From Gnetum montanum (lineage: Eukaryota; Plantae; Gnetophyta): a stretch of 64,000 bases of DNA. The translations under genes were made by a program, and so were the position numbers. Positions 38,301-52,669 of this stretch are shown one piece after another (position 1 is the first letter of the stretch; every line of letters begins with the position of its first letter). A model generated the notes under the pieces. It had not been told where the DNA came from. It made no database searches and saw nothing but the letters and a program-made list of their open reading frames with translations. The DNA lies in assembly GCA_015680685.1 (NCBI GenBank), contig MNCI01002560.1:100354-164353 (forward strand), in the 5' to 3' direction.

Positions 38301-41300
38301 CTATCCCCAAGCTCAGGGTGATGACTAAGGTGCTAGGTGGGTTCATTTCTTTACTATACCAAAAAGAACGCAAGAAGTAAAGCAATAGGTAAGCTACATA
38401 GAAAGCAAGCCAAAAATAGAAAATTTTGGAAACATTGGAAAAGTAGTGGTTTACACTGCTATGCTTGCTACACTAGGTGGGACTGTCATGCTGATAGGTT
38501 TGTTATTCTACACTTGTTACACTATACATGTTATGCTACATAGAACACAGATAGTTTAATGCAATACATCATTTTTGGCTCTTTGTCCTACAGGGTTCCA
38601 AGGGAACTATCAATTGGAACCTGACTACACCAACTAAAACATAAACAACCCCTACACTAGCCTATGATCTAGCTACTGTTGTAGTAGGTCCATAGGGGTG
38701 TTACATTTTTGTTAGCAAGGAGGTACAAAAGGCACATAGGACTACTCGTGATGCATAAAAGGAACATGGAAGTTCATGCCCTCCTTCTAGTGCAAGAAAA
38801 CTATAGCATCCAAAAATGTTGGTGGCTAGAACACCAAGAGGTTATTAGGCACATAGCCTAACCCCGAGTACATGGGAGGGAAATGCTAGAGAAAACAAAA
38901 ATGGGATGCCCTGAATGATATTGTTGATCAAATAGGGACTTATGTGGTGTTAAAACAATCATGTGCGAATAATGATTTTAGAGCATCACACGTAGGAGTT
39001 GGAATAAGTGGGAATACAATACAAATAACAATGAGAGATTATCAATGTGCATATATATGGCAATAGAAAGAAATAGATATGCTAATAGTTTAAAATACTG
39101 TAGTGCAAGGAAAGAAATGCACCACCCCAAGATTTCGGGATGTGGCTTTTGATTGAATGATGTGTACAATTGGCATGCAAGATACACAAAAACAACTAGG
39201 CAGCAACGCAATATGGTCACACTCTCTAGAAGGTTGTAGATGTGGTGTTGGTAGAAACAAAGTTGACACTTGTTGGTCTAAGGGTTACTACACTATGCAT
39301 GTGTAGGTGTCATGCTCAGGTGTGGGAGTGGAACAAGGATTTGGAAGGCTCTAATGCTAATATTTGTTACTCATCCACCTTTTGTTCATCAATCTTCTTC
39401 CAAAGCTAACTGCCAAAAGCCAACCCTTAGAATGTCATTTACTGGGGTATTTATAGAGCCAGGGTTGGGGGAGAGATGTGGCTTGGACACCACTTGTCCT
39501 AGGTCCCACATAGCACAAACGTGGATGTGTTACGTTGATGTGCTACACTCAAAGTGTGGTGCTATGCTGGATAAGACAAGAATAGGAACCAAAAATCTAC
39601 CAAACTATGACCATATTACCTAGACTGCATGTGCCAAAATCTAAAGAACTACCATGTTTTTACAAGAATGTCTAGAAAAAATGCAAATCGGAGCCTATGC
39701 TCTAGGACTACATCTTCCCTCCTCTTCCAAGTAGGGTCAAGAACAGGGACAAATTTGGGGATCAATGGGGAGTGTAAGAAAATAAAGAAAACTACCGATC
39801 TTGGTTACCAGAGAGTTGCTGGAGTAGGAATGAAGGTTGATGACAAGCTCTGGGAACTTTTGGGAGGCATTCGATAAAGGTTTTCAAGTGATATGCTATC
39901 TACACTACCCAGCATAACATAGCATAAACACTTAGAAAAAATGTGTAATTTTGGCTTGTACGCTACACAACATAGCACAACAAAGCACTCATTTTTCAAT
40001 TAATTTCTTCAAAAACTAAAAACACCACTTTGAGACTCAGTAGGGCAAGCAACTTTAGCAATTGGAAACTACACTTTTCATGTTGAAAGAGCTTGATACC
40101 TTTTGGTTTCATTCTTGAGATACTTTTAACGCTGACACCTATGCTACGCTATGTAGCATAGCATCTAGTTTTGCACAAATTTTAACACAATCTGTAATTC
40201 TTTACTATGGGACCTTGATCATGCTCTAAGGACGTAGTAGGACAAGTAGCCTTGGAGGTTGAAGACCTACCAAATGCACCTTCTATGTCTAGTTCAACAC
40301 TTAGAACAATTTGCATCTTGCATGGCCTGCTACATTGTTTACGTTGTGCAACATAGCGAAGTGTAATAGGTCTGAACATAGAAAATTTTCCAAACTACTT
40401 TTTCCATCCTAAAAACTTTTAACAACTCCTAGCCTAGCATCTCGGTAGCTTGACTACTGAGACATGTGTCAAGTTAGGCAAGCTAGAGAGCATAGCAAGC
40501 TTGATGGCCCAGAAGTTAGAAAATTTTCCAAGTTGTATAGTTCACCTTTAGTGTTCCTTTTGTGCAAACTAGCCTTAAAATAGTTGCTACACTAACAATG
40601 CAAAAGAGAATAGCATATAATCCCAGAAACAACTTTGTAGGCATTAGGACTTCCAAGGTGCCATGTTTTCTGCATTGCCCCATGTGACACCAAACTCGGA
40701 GGAATTTTGTCTAGCTTCCAACGCTTGAACAAATTTGATGCTAAGTCACGAGAGCCCAAAATTGATGGTGTTTTAATGAGGGGGATCACAATGCCCACCT
40801 TGTAAATTTCCATTCTAAATGACTACTTCTACAAGCATGGTCCCATGTGATCATTTTCATCTTTGCCATGTCCCTAACTAGCAAAGCTCTTGACTAGTAC
40901 CATGCACTCCCTAAGGCTTCCATATCCACTTTGGAAGAATTTCTTAGACAATTTGTAACTTGCTTCAAGTTTAACTTGAAGCCCAAATCCACTCTAGACT
41001 AATTAATGAACATTAAGAAAGGGATGCTATAGCTAGTACAAATATTCATACAATGTTGGACTGCTTCCCTCAATGAAATTCATGGGCCAATAGCAAAAAG
41101 TTACCTTTTAGCTATCTTCAAAGGTGCAGTAAATGACTTTATCAAGTTAAAACTTTACTATTTAGCCCCACACTTTCTCAACCAAGAATTTTCTCAAATA
41201 AATAGCATACAAGATGCTACAAAGGCCAATAAGGACCTAGCCTATGTGGCCTATAAAAATGCACACATGAAAATGGACAAAGAAAAGGGGAAGATAACAA

Positions 41301-43439
41301 CAACCATTACAACTGTGGTTGACGAAGCCAAACCCAACAACACTAAACTAGCCTACACCATTAGTGACCATGGGACAAGCTCCACAAAGGCCAAAATTTT
41401 AGTGTAAGGATCGCTGAAAGTACACTCCATTGCCTATCAAGCTATTTAAGCTCTTAGACTAGTTTCTTTGTGCTAGGCGCATCCAACACAAGAAAATGTT
41501 TGAGGATACACATAAGCACCATGAGAGGTATTGAAAAGTTCTCAGAAATCCCTTTGTAGCTATGTCAAATGAGCCCTTGGTCCCTAAAAATTTTAGATTG
41601 GACCAATTTTGCAACTATCACCAGTTGCATGGCCATGACACAGACTACTGCTTGGCATTAAAAGATGACATTCAATACATGATTGATCAAGGCAAACTGA
41701 TCCTTGATGAGAGCAATACTGTGTGATCAAAAAATCAATCAATGAAATTCTACAAGGACCCCCTTAATGCTAATAGTGTAGGTTACATCATTAATGCTAT
41801 CAACATTGATGATAATTCACAACTAGCAAATGAACCATTTTTGGTTTGTGTGCCCTTTGGTGACATTGGATCATTAATGTCAACTAGACCACAACCTCCT
41901 TTTGTCATCAAATCATCACCTTAGGTGCCCACAACACCCTTTGTGGTTAGGGCCCCATAGCAGATTGTGGTGATGGCAACATAGACACCCTTTGTCATTA
42001 GGATGCAAAGACATGTGAATCCCTGATCCACTTGGGGTCCAGTGCTGGGAACTACATCACATCATAGCCATCCAAAGTCATACCCTAAAAAACTTGATGA
42101 GTGTCTAGCTAACAAAATGATTAGGGAATGGATCAAGTTAGGTCCTTCTAAGCCCATCCCCTTGTTAGCTATCCCCATGGCCTTATCATCTTAGACTACC
42201 AACACAAGCACAAACAACTAACAAACAAGCACTAAGGCTTGGAAGTTCATTGTACAAGCAAAGGTAAAATCTCCTCACCAAGAGATCCATTTCTTAGGTC
42301 ATATGAAGGAGGTGAAGGTTTCCAAAATAATGGATAGTGGAAAATATTTCTTGGACACACTGTCATAAGTTAAATAAACCCACAAACAAAAAAACACAAT
42401 GTTGAGCCTCTATGATCTAATAATGACCTCCTCTGCTCATGAGAGGTATTAGTTTTCATGTTCATATCTATTCCTATTAAGGAAGATATTCCAATAGACA
42501 AAAAATCCATTCACGCCATAATGCTTTCCCTCACAACCTAAGAATCAAGGTCAACACCCCTGAATTTTCATGATGAGGTGGTCAAGGTTGATCCTGAAAA
42601 GGGTCAGGTGACTAGTGCACCAATGTTTATAACAATTCACATAGGCCAATATAAACTTTGTAGAGTGCACATTGATTTTTGGGTGGCAATGAATGTCATC
42701 CCATTTCTTTTCATTGACAAACCTGGCCTAGTTGATTAGATCAGGCCAAAAAGGACAACATGCTTGATATCCTTCGATGGAGCACATGTTGTTGTAAAAG
42801 GAATGATCACAATAGCTTTCGTGGTAAGGGAGAAATTTTCCACTATTCTAGAGTTCATTTTTCTTGAATAAATTCCTAGATTTAACCTAATCCTGAGGAG
42901 GTCTTAGCTAGCCCAATTATGGATCGTTTCTCACCTATTCATCAAGAGATCCACTCGTCCTATAAGAGTGGAGAGGTGGTGATCTATGATGACAATGTGG
43001 CTCCCCTGACCATCAACAACATTGACATAAAATAAGGGTTGAAAGTAGAGTTCTCTAAAGACACACCACCCATTCAAGGTAAAATCCAATGTTTTCCAAC
43101 TAATCCACCTAAACAAGCAACCTCCCTAAGGGAGCTCTCTAGGAAAATTTACCTTTTGTGCAATAGTCAAAGGTCTAGGTGAATACTATATTTTGCCCTC
43201 CAAGACTTATGCACCTCCTAACCCACATCAAGTTAGAAAACACTTACATGACTAAGGCATGCCCTTAGTTTGTCTACATGTGTTGCTTACCTTTTGTTTT
43301 TCACTTGCACAATTACACTCACATTGTTATTTATATCTTGCATTAATTATTTCATTTCTTTAGTTCATGTGGTTCTATTTATCATTTTTTTTATAATATA
43401 TATATATATATATATTGTTAAAAATTAAAAGCAACAAAA

Positions 43440-43640
43440 AAGGGCATGCTAAGGCCTAAAAGTGGCAACTTGCTCCCTTCTACGCTACGGCCCAGAAAGG
43501 CCTTAAACTATCGCATGGCCTACTAAGGCCTGAAACTGGCAACTCACTTTCCTTTTCATGATGGCCCAAAATTCCCTTAACCTAGCGATGGCCCAAAATG
43601 GCCTTAAACTAGCTTCCACCATGGCCTTAAATTGGCATGG
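43440..43640 (+). repeat. Hairpin-AAACT motif array at the 5' end of the intron in A
   Basis: GGCC-N6-GGCC-TTAAACT units. Confidence 0.8.
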
Positions 43641-43859
43641 GGTCCACAAGGGGCCTAATTGCATAAATCAAATTGCAAGTTAAAACTAGAGCAACATTAC
43701 ATGAAATACAACAAAGTGATATGCAAATAACCATCATGTTTTCAAAAAAATATATAGTTTACATTTACATCAAAAATACAAAAAATGCCAAAAATACAAA
43801 ATTTCTCAACAACAAGGCTACACTTTGGGCCACTCAACCTACAGTGTTCAATGGGGGCT

Positions 43860-46800
43860 AGGGTTCTTCTTCCTTCTCTTCCTCTACTGCTTCACTAGGG
43901 CCTACTCCATCCCCCAAAATCTACATTAAATAAAAATAAAATAATAAATTAGCTAACAAATAAAGTGACATGTAGCATTATAATAAAGTAAATAAAAATA
44001 ATTTGAAATAGAACAACTTGAGAAGGACCTACATCCATGTTTGGGGGCATCCTATCAAGGACAACCTCCAAGTATCAGAGGATTTCATCCTTCAATAGCC
44101 ATATCCAATTCTCCTCATCAAGGTCAATACCTGCAAGGGTTTACCCTTTCTCTATAACTATCCATGAGGGCAGCCTTTATGAAAACCTAGTAGAAGTAAT
44201 TTCTCTTGAAGGTACAACGATGTTTCTCTTGGGAGTCCCACTCACCACTACATTGTTGGAAAATAGGTCATAAGCCTGTGTTGCACCAATTGCATCAAGA
44301 AATATCTCTCAGCAACGATGCTCCACAAACTCATCTTTGTACCTTTTAAGGTATGCCTCACATTCCTACTTATAATGGTGCCTATGATTCTTTTGAGTCT
44401 AGCCCCATTGATACACTTTTGCACTGTAATCCTTCTAGTTTTGATTCTTCCTTGCTAGTAGGTCCATTTGCAATCATTGTTTAATCACCTCAAAAGTGGC
44501 CTTATTATTGCCCCAAATGGCTGACCAATACCTAGCATAGGTAACTTTAGCTATGTGTTAGGAACCATTTTTTTTTTCACATGTCACCAAGAAGTCATAA
44601 TGGGACTGCAGGTCCTCCAATTTTTCATCCTAGCTTGCCCCCCCCCCCCCCCCCCCCCCTCTCCTGGAGTGTATGCACCCATTTTTATACGTTCTTGTTA
44701 ATGTGCCTACACTCTCAAAATACTCTCGTAGATGAGAGTGCACATTTACTTATCTCATCATATACATGGTGAGGCACTTGCTCCACCTCGAGGGGAAACT
44801 CAAGCATAGCATCAACTTGGGCCACCCTGTTTGGATCCCATAGAAGCTAAGAGCCTATTATCACATAATAGGGAAAGCAACGTTAGACATAAACCAAGTA
44901 GTAAATTAGTAGAGAAAAATAGATAAATAAATACATACCAATATTAGGGTCTATTTTTTGTATATGGTCCATCATGTCATCCACCAAGCCTTGCATAAAG
45001 GCAAACTTGTCAAGAGCCTCTATCCATGGGTACATATGGAAGGTGGATGTAGATGCTGGGCATTCAACAGAAACCTTGATGGCTATAACACAACACACTT
45101 AGTAATTATCAAAACATACAATAGCCAAGGGTGTAAGGTCTAAATAATAATAATAATAAATAAAGAGAAAAAAAGATGATGGTGCAACACTCCTACCAAA
45201 CAAGCCCTCAAATGTGAGAGCGGGGGGATCACTGATCTGCATGGCATTAAAGAAATTTTAAAACTCACCCCCTTCAAACTACAGTAACCCTTCTTCCTCA
45301 AGTTTTTGTAGCACTTCTATGGCTTCTCATTCCTCTTCATCTACTACTTGTTCCTCAATTTGAGGAGGGACATCATCCTCTATGGGCTCTGCTACCGTGG
45401 TAGGGATCTTGTTGCCTATAGCACATTAGTTAGGATTAGAATTTACAATAATTAGTATAGTAGATCATGGAACATTATAGTAGTATCCAATAATTCATAC
45501 TTACTTGCAATTCCTAAGCAAACATTGCAAAGCTTAAACTGAATCATTCTACCACTCTCCTCCACTTCATGCATGGGCTCCTCCATTGGGCGTGGTTTCT
45601 TAATCTTTGTTTTGGACAATCCCACTACCTTAACAATGATTTGTGCCCCTCTCACTACATTTCCAATGTTCACTGATGGGGCCTCACTTGCACTATCACA
45701 TGTGTGGAAGATCATCTCACATTACCTTTGGTTATAATAGAAAATGACTTGCTGATGGCCTCTAAAGAATCTTGTGACTACATGGTGTTGAACGGGTGTT
45801 GGATCTATGGCCTGGAAATTTGCCTACAATCTTGGATCACCCACTGCCCTTTCTTACAAACCACCAAAAACTCTACAAACCTTCATAGGCATGCTATGAA
45901 GAAGGTGAAGTGCATGTGCAATCTCGCTTGGATGTTGTGGCACAACCTAACAATTTCAGCACATAGTCTGCCGACAAGGTAAGAGGCCCAATTGTACTAT
46001 GTCCCCTCCTCTATTGCATCCTTCATCATCCAAGATTGTTTCACCCCAATAATATTTCATTAGGAGAGAAAATTTGGGAACATGCATGCATGAAAGATTG
46101 GATAGAGGTGGTGGACCATGGGGAACCTCACTTCTTTGACTTGAATTCCTTTACGAGACTTAGATGCACCTAGCCACTCCTCAATGTCCCCTTTTTGGTC
46201 TAAGTCTTTTTCAATATTTTTGATAATTGTTGGGACCTCAGAAGGGATTCTAAAGAGGTCTACAAAAAATTCATCTGTAATGTCAAAGGTCACCCACACA
46301 CCTAAAAGAGTCATGAAGCAATCAGTTCTCTTACTAAAATAGTCAATAATGGCAATCATCTCAGCCACTGGGATACTTGGGCTAATGGCCAAAAAAAGGT
46401 CCATTATTCCAACCTATTGGAGCTTCCTGGTTATCTCCACTAGAGCCTCATAGCACAACCAATGCTATGAACAATTTACCTCACTATATTTCATGATGAG
46501 GATGGCCTCAATATGGCCTATTACAACCACCATGACCTCTCCTAACTTAACCATTACTACAATAGGTAAAAGTAAAGTTAGTAACATGAGAAAAGCTGAG
46601 TAAAAAGTGCATAAGAAATCAATGATACATTACTCATGTGGCACAAATGGTATAAAAGATGGTGGTGGTGGGGCTAAAACCTCCTCCATGCTTGATATGC
46701 TAATCACCCACTCAAGATCCAACCAACCAAGAGCTAGACACCTCTCATAAGACCTAGAATATCAATGAGGGAGCTCTACTAGGTCTACCCCAATCTACTC

Positions 46801-48640
46801 AATCATCACTATGCAAAAATTTTCAAAAGATGATCATTCTTGTAGGGCAATGAGAGTCAAGTTCAATGCCCCAACCTCATTGTGAAGGCCATTTGGATCA
46901 ATAGTGAATCTAGCAATAGATGTAAGTGGTAAGAATCTTAACATGAGTCATAATCAAATGGATACAATGAAAAATTGTAAAAGGGCTCACCCTCTAGCAC
47001 AATAAACTATCCAAGGTGGGTTCTAGAAAATGGTATGTATGCATCAGGCAATGAACAATGTGTTGTTCTTATTGTAGCACTAAAATTCTAGCATCTGCCA
47101 GATCGTAGACAAAAGTCTAAGGGCCCTATGGCCTTGACCTAAACTTCCTACTCTTTCATCACCAGAAAGCTCATCAAATATGAACCTTAGGATGCCTCAA
47201 TTCATCCCAAGCAACATTGTTTCCATTATGACATTGGCTACTTCTGCTACCAAGTGTGACCATATCATCACACTAAAGTGACAGAGTAGAAACTCCAAGA
47301 ACCTTTATGCTCCTGACTAGAACCATACCACCTAGTGATCCACAGGTCTATCTAGGGAAAGTATGTTTGGCATAGGCTCACTTATGCAACACAAGATACC
47401 CACCAATTCAACCATAACAAGGATGGATTTCAATAATACTTTGTAGCTATAGTAGTAACAAGAGGAGAATGTTAGCATTGGATACAAAAAATAAAAAAAT
47501 GCATAAAAATTAGACTTAATATATTAGTAAAAATCTTAACTTTTCCACCAAGCCCCATGGGAAAGGGACTTTAGCATACTCATCTAACATGCCTAGTCCC
47601 TAATGGGGCATAGCACTAATATCTATGTTTCACGTTCATGAATGTTACAGCTTTGAAAACATCAAAAAAATTGTTAACTATCAATTACGCTCCCCATAGG
47701 GCATAACTCAAAAATTTTCAAAATCTTCTAAGTGTTGGCTACACTCCCTACAAAGCATAACCTTCAAAAAACTATAAAAGCACTATTTGTAGAGCGTAAC
47801 AACTACAAAACTTTCTAAAATAGCAAAAAATTTCCAATTGTTGGTTACACTCACTATAAAGTGTAACCTTCAAAACTACAAAAAATTTCTAATTGTTGAC
47901 TATGCTACGTATAGAGCATAATGCTAGAAAATTTTTAATTGTTCTATTACACTCTCAAGAGCATACCTTGGTGAGATAGTCGTGACACTCACACTCACCC
48001 TATCTAGACTGTTACACTCTGTGTTCACACAAAACATTCTAGCTCTATCCCATGTCATGTGTGGAATGTCAAAAACCCTTGTTCTACATCACATGAAATA
48101 CACTAAAAATCCTTATTCTACATCATGCATTGTATGCTAAAAACCCTTGTTCCATTTCACACACAATATGCCAAAAACCCTTGTTCTACATCACACATGG
48201 TATGCCGAAAACCCTCCCAACAAAAAAAAACCCTTGCAACAAAGAAATAATAAACCCACAAGAATCCACCACATGCACTTCCTCTCCTAGTTGTGACTCA
48301 TGGCAACCACAGTGGTGGTGCTGGTCCCTACCCAAGGCAAGCCATCCTCAAAATCCCAAAACCCTAAAGTGAATAGGAAGAAAGGAAAGAAATCACAAGG
48401 AAATATTGTACGCCTTACCTTACTAATGGCATTTCCCTCTAGTCCTGTATGCATGACCTAGGAAGTCACTTCAGTGCATGTTCTCCTTTGTCCACATTGG
48501 TGAGCTTGGGATGTTGATATTCACTATGGTGCATCATGGTTGAATGGTTATGTTGTTATTTTCTTCTTCCTCTTTGCTACACTCTAGCTTCCTCTCTTTC
48601 GTTGCTACACTCTGACTCCCTTTACCTTGGTTGTGATATG
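43860..48640 (-). pseudogene. Antisense multi-exon accessory gene of A: NIF/FCP1-like pseudophosphatase plus PMD-like region
   Basis: Exons ~48419-48640, 46991-47446 (LVMVELVGIL..RFLEFLLCHFSVMIWS..KNNTLFI..NPP), 46634-46909 and ~45450-46556 (FDITDEFFVDLFRIP..YNWASYL), with further exons to ~43860. GT-AG boundaries. Homologous to 62197-64000. Confidence 0.75.
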
Positions 48641-49148
48641 CTCAGTGACTATTTGTTTCAACTTTAAAAATGACAAGTTGACTATGGTAAAAATTTTATT
48701 TATACTCTTCTAGGGTGAAGGGCATGTCACCCTCCTAGGTACTATCCTATGTCCCACACATAACACGGGACTATTCCTTGTCCTGCACTTAACACAAGAC
48801 GAACGTAGCACCTAGAGTTAGAAAATTTTTTCAAATTTTTTCCAGCATTCCATACATAGAAAATTTTTGCATTCTTTTTGATTACCCAATAAATGTGTAG
48901 CCTAGTCCCATATTTAAAACTTTCCAAGCCTTGCCTAAATTTATGCATCCTATGCAAACCATGGTCTGTTACAACCTTAAACTGCAAACCGTAGGGCTAA
49001 TCAAAGCACTAAAATGAATTTGCATACTTGTTTATCTAATCCCACAACTACATAATTAGGAAAATTTTCATAGCTTTTTCTTACTTATTTTATGCATTTC
49101 ACCTTATTAAGATAGGTGACACTTGACATATTTTTGGTTGTTTTATAG

Positions 49149-52100
49149 GATTTTTGGCAAGATTGCAGAAAGAATGCATATGAGAATCTTCATTTTCCCT
49201 TGGTCTTAACTAGACCTTATGGCAATTCCATGAGATGCATAAACACTGAACTCCTAGAATTTAAGTCTGTGACTTATGACACAAATGTAGCATCCCTAGA
49301 GACATCTCTAAATTAGCCAAACCATCTAGTTAGAGCCCTAGACCTAGAAGTAGGTGACATAACTAAGGATCCTATCATTGAAAGAGGTAAAGATGTTAAA
49401 AATTAGTTCCTTGTTAGAGCCTCACATCAAAAAAAGCATCTCAAAATTTCTCAATGATAATGTTAAAGCATTCACATGGTCCTAAAAGGACATGCCAGGC
49501 TTGGACCCTTACATAATACAACACAACATTATTCTTAATTCTCACATAAAACTAGTTAAATAGAAAGCTCGTAAGGTCAAACCTAAGGTGGCATTGGTAG
49601 TTCACAATCAAATCACTAAGATTTAAAAAGCTAGTTTTATTTGGGTATTTGACTACATTGATTGGGTTTCAAACATCATAGTTGTTCCTAAGAAAAATGG
49701 AAGTATATGCACTTGCATAGCCTTCTAGGACCTGAACAAGGAAAACATTAAATATGACTTCCCATTGCCTAGTATTAATTAACTCATCAATACTACAGTT
49801 GGTCATGCCTTATTATCCTTCATGGATAGGTTATTAGGGTACAACCAAATTCAAATCAATCCAAAGCACCAACTCAACTCCACCTTCACGACCCCTTGGG
49901 ATACATTTTACTATACCATGATGCCTTTCAGAAAAAAGAATGTAGGAGCAACCTATCAACATGCAATGACATATAGTTTTAGTAATTATATTCTAGACTT
50001 TCTCAATGACTACATTGATGACATAGCAGTTAAGTCCAGGGTAGTGCACAACCATGTAGATGACTTAGACTATGTCCTCAAACATTGCCTTAGACATGAT
50101 CTTACATTAAACCCCAAGAAGTGTGTCTTCGGCGTCAAGATTGGTCACATGCTAGGCTTTGTAGTATCAAAATTAGGTATACATGTAGACCCTAATAATG
50201 TTAAGGGTATCATGAACCTAGCACCACTGGTAAACCTTAAAGATCTATGTAGGTTACAAGGTAGATTGCAATTCATATGAAGATTTATCACAAGGTTAAT
50301 TAATAAGTTGTTGTCAATGCAGCATTTTCTTAAAAAGGGATCCAATTTGAGTGGATAGCACAATGCCAAAAGGCATTTGACAACCTCAAAAAGAAGCTAG
50401 CTCAACTTCCAATAGTCTAACCTCCACAAAGAGATAAGCCATTATACATTTACCTTGCAACCTCAGATATGTTCATTACTTCTCTGCTTTACCAAAAGTG
50501 AGAAAATGGCTCAAAGGTCCCTATTTATTACTTAATCCATGTACTAGTGGCCCATGAGGTGAAATACAATGATGTAGAGAAGAATTAAATCACATTAGTC
50601 TTTGCACTCAAGAAATGAAGGCATTATATTCTCTGCAGTTAGGTTAATGTTATCTATAAAAGCAATGTACTCTGGGTGATTGCTATAAACATCTACAAAA
50701 GTGGTTGACTTGCATGGTGGAAGGTTATAACTATGGAGTTTGACCTACACTAGATAGCATAAACATCCACAAAGGGTCAAGCAATAGCTGCACAAGTCAC
50801 AGCTTCACCCATAAATAATCAAGCAACAATAGATCTAGAATTTTTGGATGAGTATGTCAATAGCATAAGTAAAGTGCCTACAAACTTTGAGGTAGATTTA
50901 CACTTTGATGCTACTTCAACTACATAAGGTAGTAGTGCTACTATCATCATCATGTTTCCCTCTAGGAAGATCTAACCCTTCACATATCACTTTGCATTTC
51001 CTTGCACAAATAACATGGTGGAGTATGAAGGTCTCCTTAGTGGTGTCTTAGCAACTCATGATCTAGGAATCCAAAACATAGGAATCTAAGGTGATTCATA
51101 GCTTGTTATCAGCCAAGTTATAGAGGTTTATGCTTGTAAGGCATAACATTTAGAACCTTACTCTGATTTAGCAAAACACTTGCTCAAACAATTTGCAACT
51201 ATAGATGTCCAACTCATTCCCTATAATGAAAATTCCATTGCTAATGCATTAGATACTTTAGCCTTAAGCATAGCACCCAACATGTTTTCTACATTACCCA
51301 CTTTGATAATGGATTGCACTGAACCTATTACTCAAACAACAAGCATTTCATTCATAGCCATGATAAGCACAGTTCACACCTAGTAGTCGTATGATGATAC
51401 TAAGATGTACCTCCAATAGGGTGAACCTCTACAAAATCTAACCTCTAACCAAAAAAATGTAGTGCAAAAATGATTGTACCAATACATCCTAGTATGTGAT
51501 AATACTTTGTGTCATAGATCCTATGATGGAGTTCTATTAACTTGCGTTAGTGGTAGTAAAGCATAAAAGGTCGTTGATCAAGTCCATGAGGGGACTATGC
51601 AGAGGCCACATAGCATGTAGGGAAATGGTAGTAAAAATCAAACGCCTAGGCTACTATTGGCCTTACATGAAGCATGATTTCATTTTCAAGATCAAAACAT
51701 GTGATGTGTATTAGCGACATAATAACCTAATGCACGTGCCACCCACTGAACTACATACTATGTGGATTGCATGGTTGTTCTAATATTGGGGGTTGGATAT
51801 CATAGGACCTATAATGCCTAAGTCTTCTATAGGATATAGCTTCATCATAACCACAACTGAATACTTTACTAAGTGAATTCAATCCATTCCCCTTAGGAAG
51901 ATAAAATCACAATAGTTTTTGCAAATTTATTCTAGACAACATAGTGACTCGATTTGATCTACCCATGATTATAGTCATAGACAATGGGCCACAATTTAGT
52001 AGCATAGAAACTAAAGCCTTTTGTTGACACCTTGGCATTAAACATTCTTTTTCGTCACCATACTACCCACAAAAAATGGCCAAGTGAAGGTTATGAATAG

Positions 52101-52629
52101 ATTCATCATCAAACTTCTGAAGAGGATGCTTAGCAACAACAAATAATAATGGCATCAATAGCTAGTCTACGCACTATGGGCCTACCACATAACATGTAGA
52201 ATAGAAACAAGTAAGATGCCATATAGTCTTTTGTATAGATCTAAAGTAATGTTTCCTTTTGAATTGCAAGTTCCATCACTCTACATGATCCTCTCAAGCC
52301 TCATTGATGAGGTTTAGAATAATGAGTTGAGAACCATTGACCTTGACTCTATAGAGGAGGAGCACATGCAAACAGTTGATTGAATTAGATTGTACCAAGA
52401 AAAGCAATGGCAAAGGCACCATAATAATCAGCATCAATGCCTGATCAAGAAGGGGGACCTAGTTCTCAAGATCATTCGTGAGTCCATAAACAGATTTTTA
52501 GCTAACTAGAAAGGGCCTTTCTTGGTCATAAAGGCCTATGATAATAGAGCATTCAAGCTTGTTGATCTAGATGATAATAAGTTTATCAATCCAATCAACC
52601 ACTCATACCTAAAGTCATACTATGCCTAG
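49149..52629 (+). pseudogene. pol: pol of A: RT, RNase H, additional RNase H, integrase
   Basis: GYNQI..FTTPW..MPF..YIDDI..LNPKKCVFG; CTNNMVEYEGLL; GLDIIGP; DNGPQF. Many stops. Confidence 0.95.
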
Positions 52630-52669
52630 TACGCAATGCCATGCCAATGACAAAGTAAGGTAAGAGAAC

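Larger units (their letters stand above)
30014..40775 (-). mobile_element. Tat/Ogre-type element B, internal-deletion derivative
   Basis: ~2-kb LTRs at 30014-32056 and 38802-40775. PBS ~38778-38795, PPT 32057-32070. Decayed TSD (GTGGG / ATGAG, from GTGAG). The host gag rejoins across it. Confidence 0.9.
28950..43256 (+). pseudogene. gag: gag-protease of A (split by B at 30014-40775)
   Basis: LPQFIKYNG|EGDHNAHL joins across B. Zinc motif FCNYHQLHGHDTDYCLALK. Protease-like RVHIDFWVAMNVIP at ~42660. Confidence 0.75.
43257..49148 (+). other. Putative protease-RT intron of A
   Basis: Coding ends at AAG|GCATG (GC or decayed GT donor) and resumes after a pyrimidine tract TTTTATAG at 49148. Ogre elements are known to have an intron at this position. 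Confidence 0.55.
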
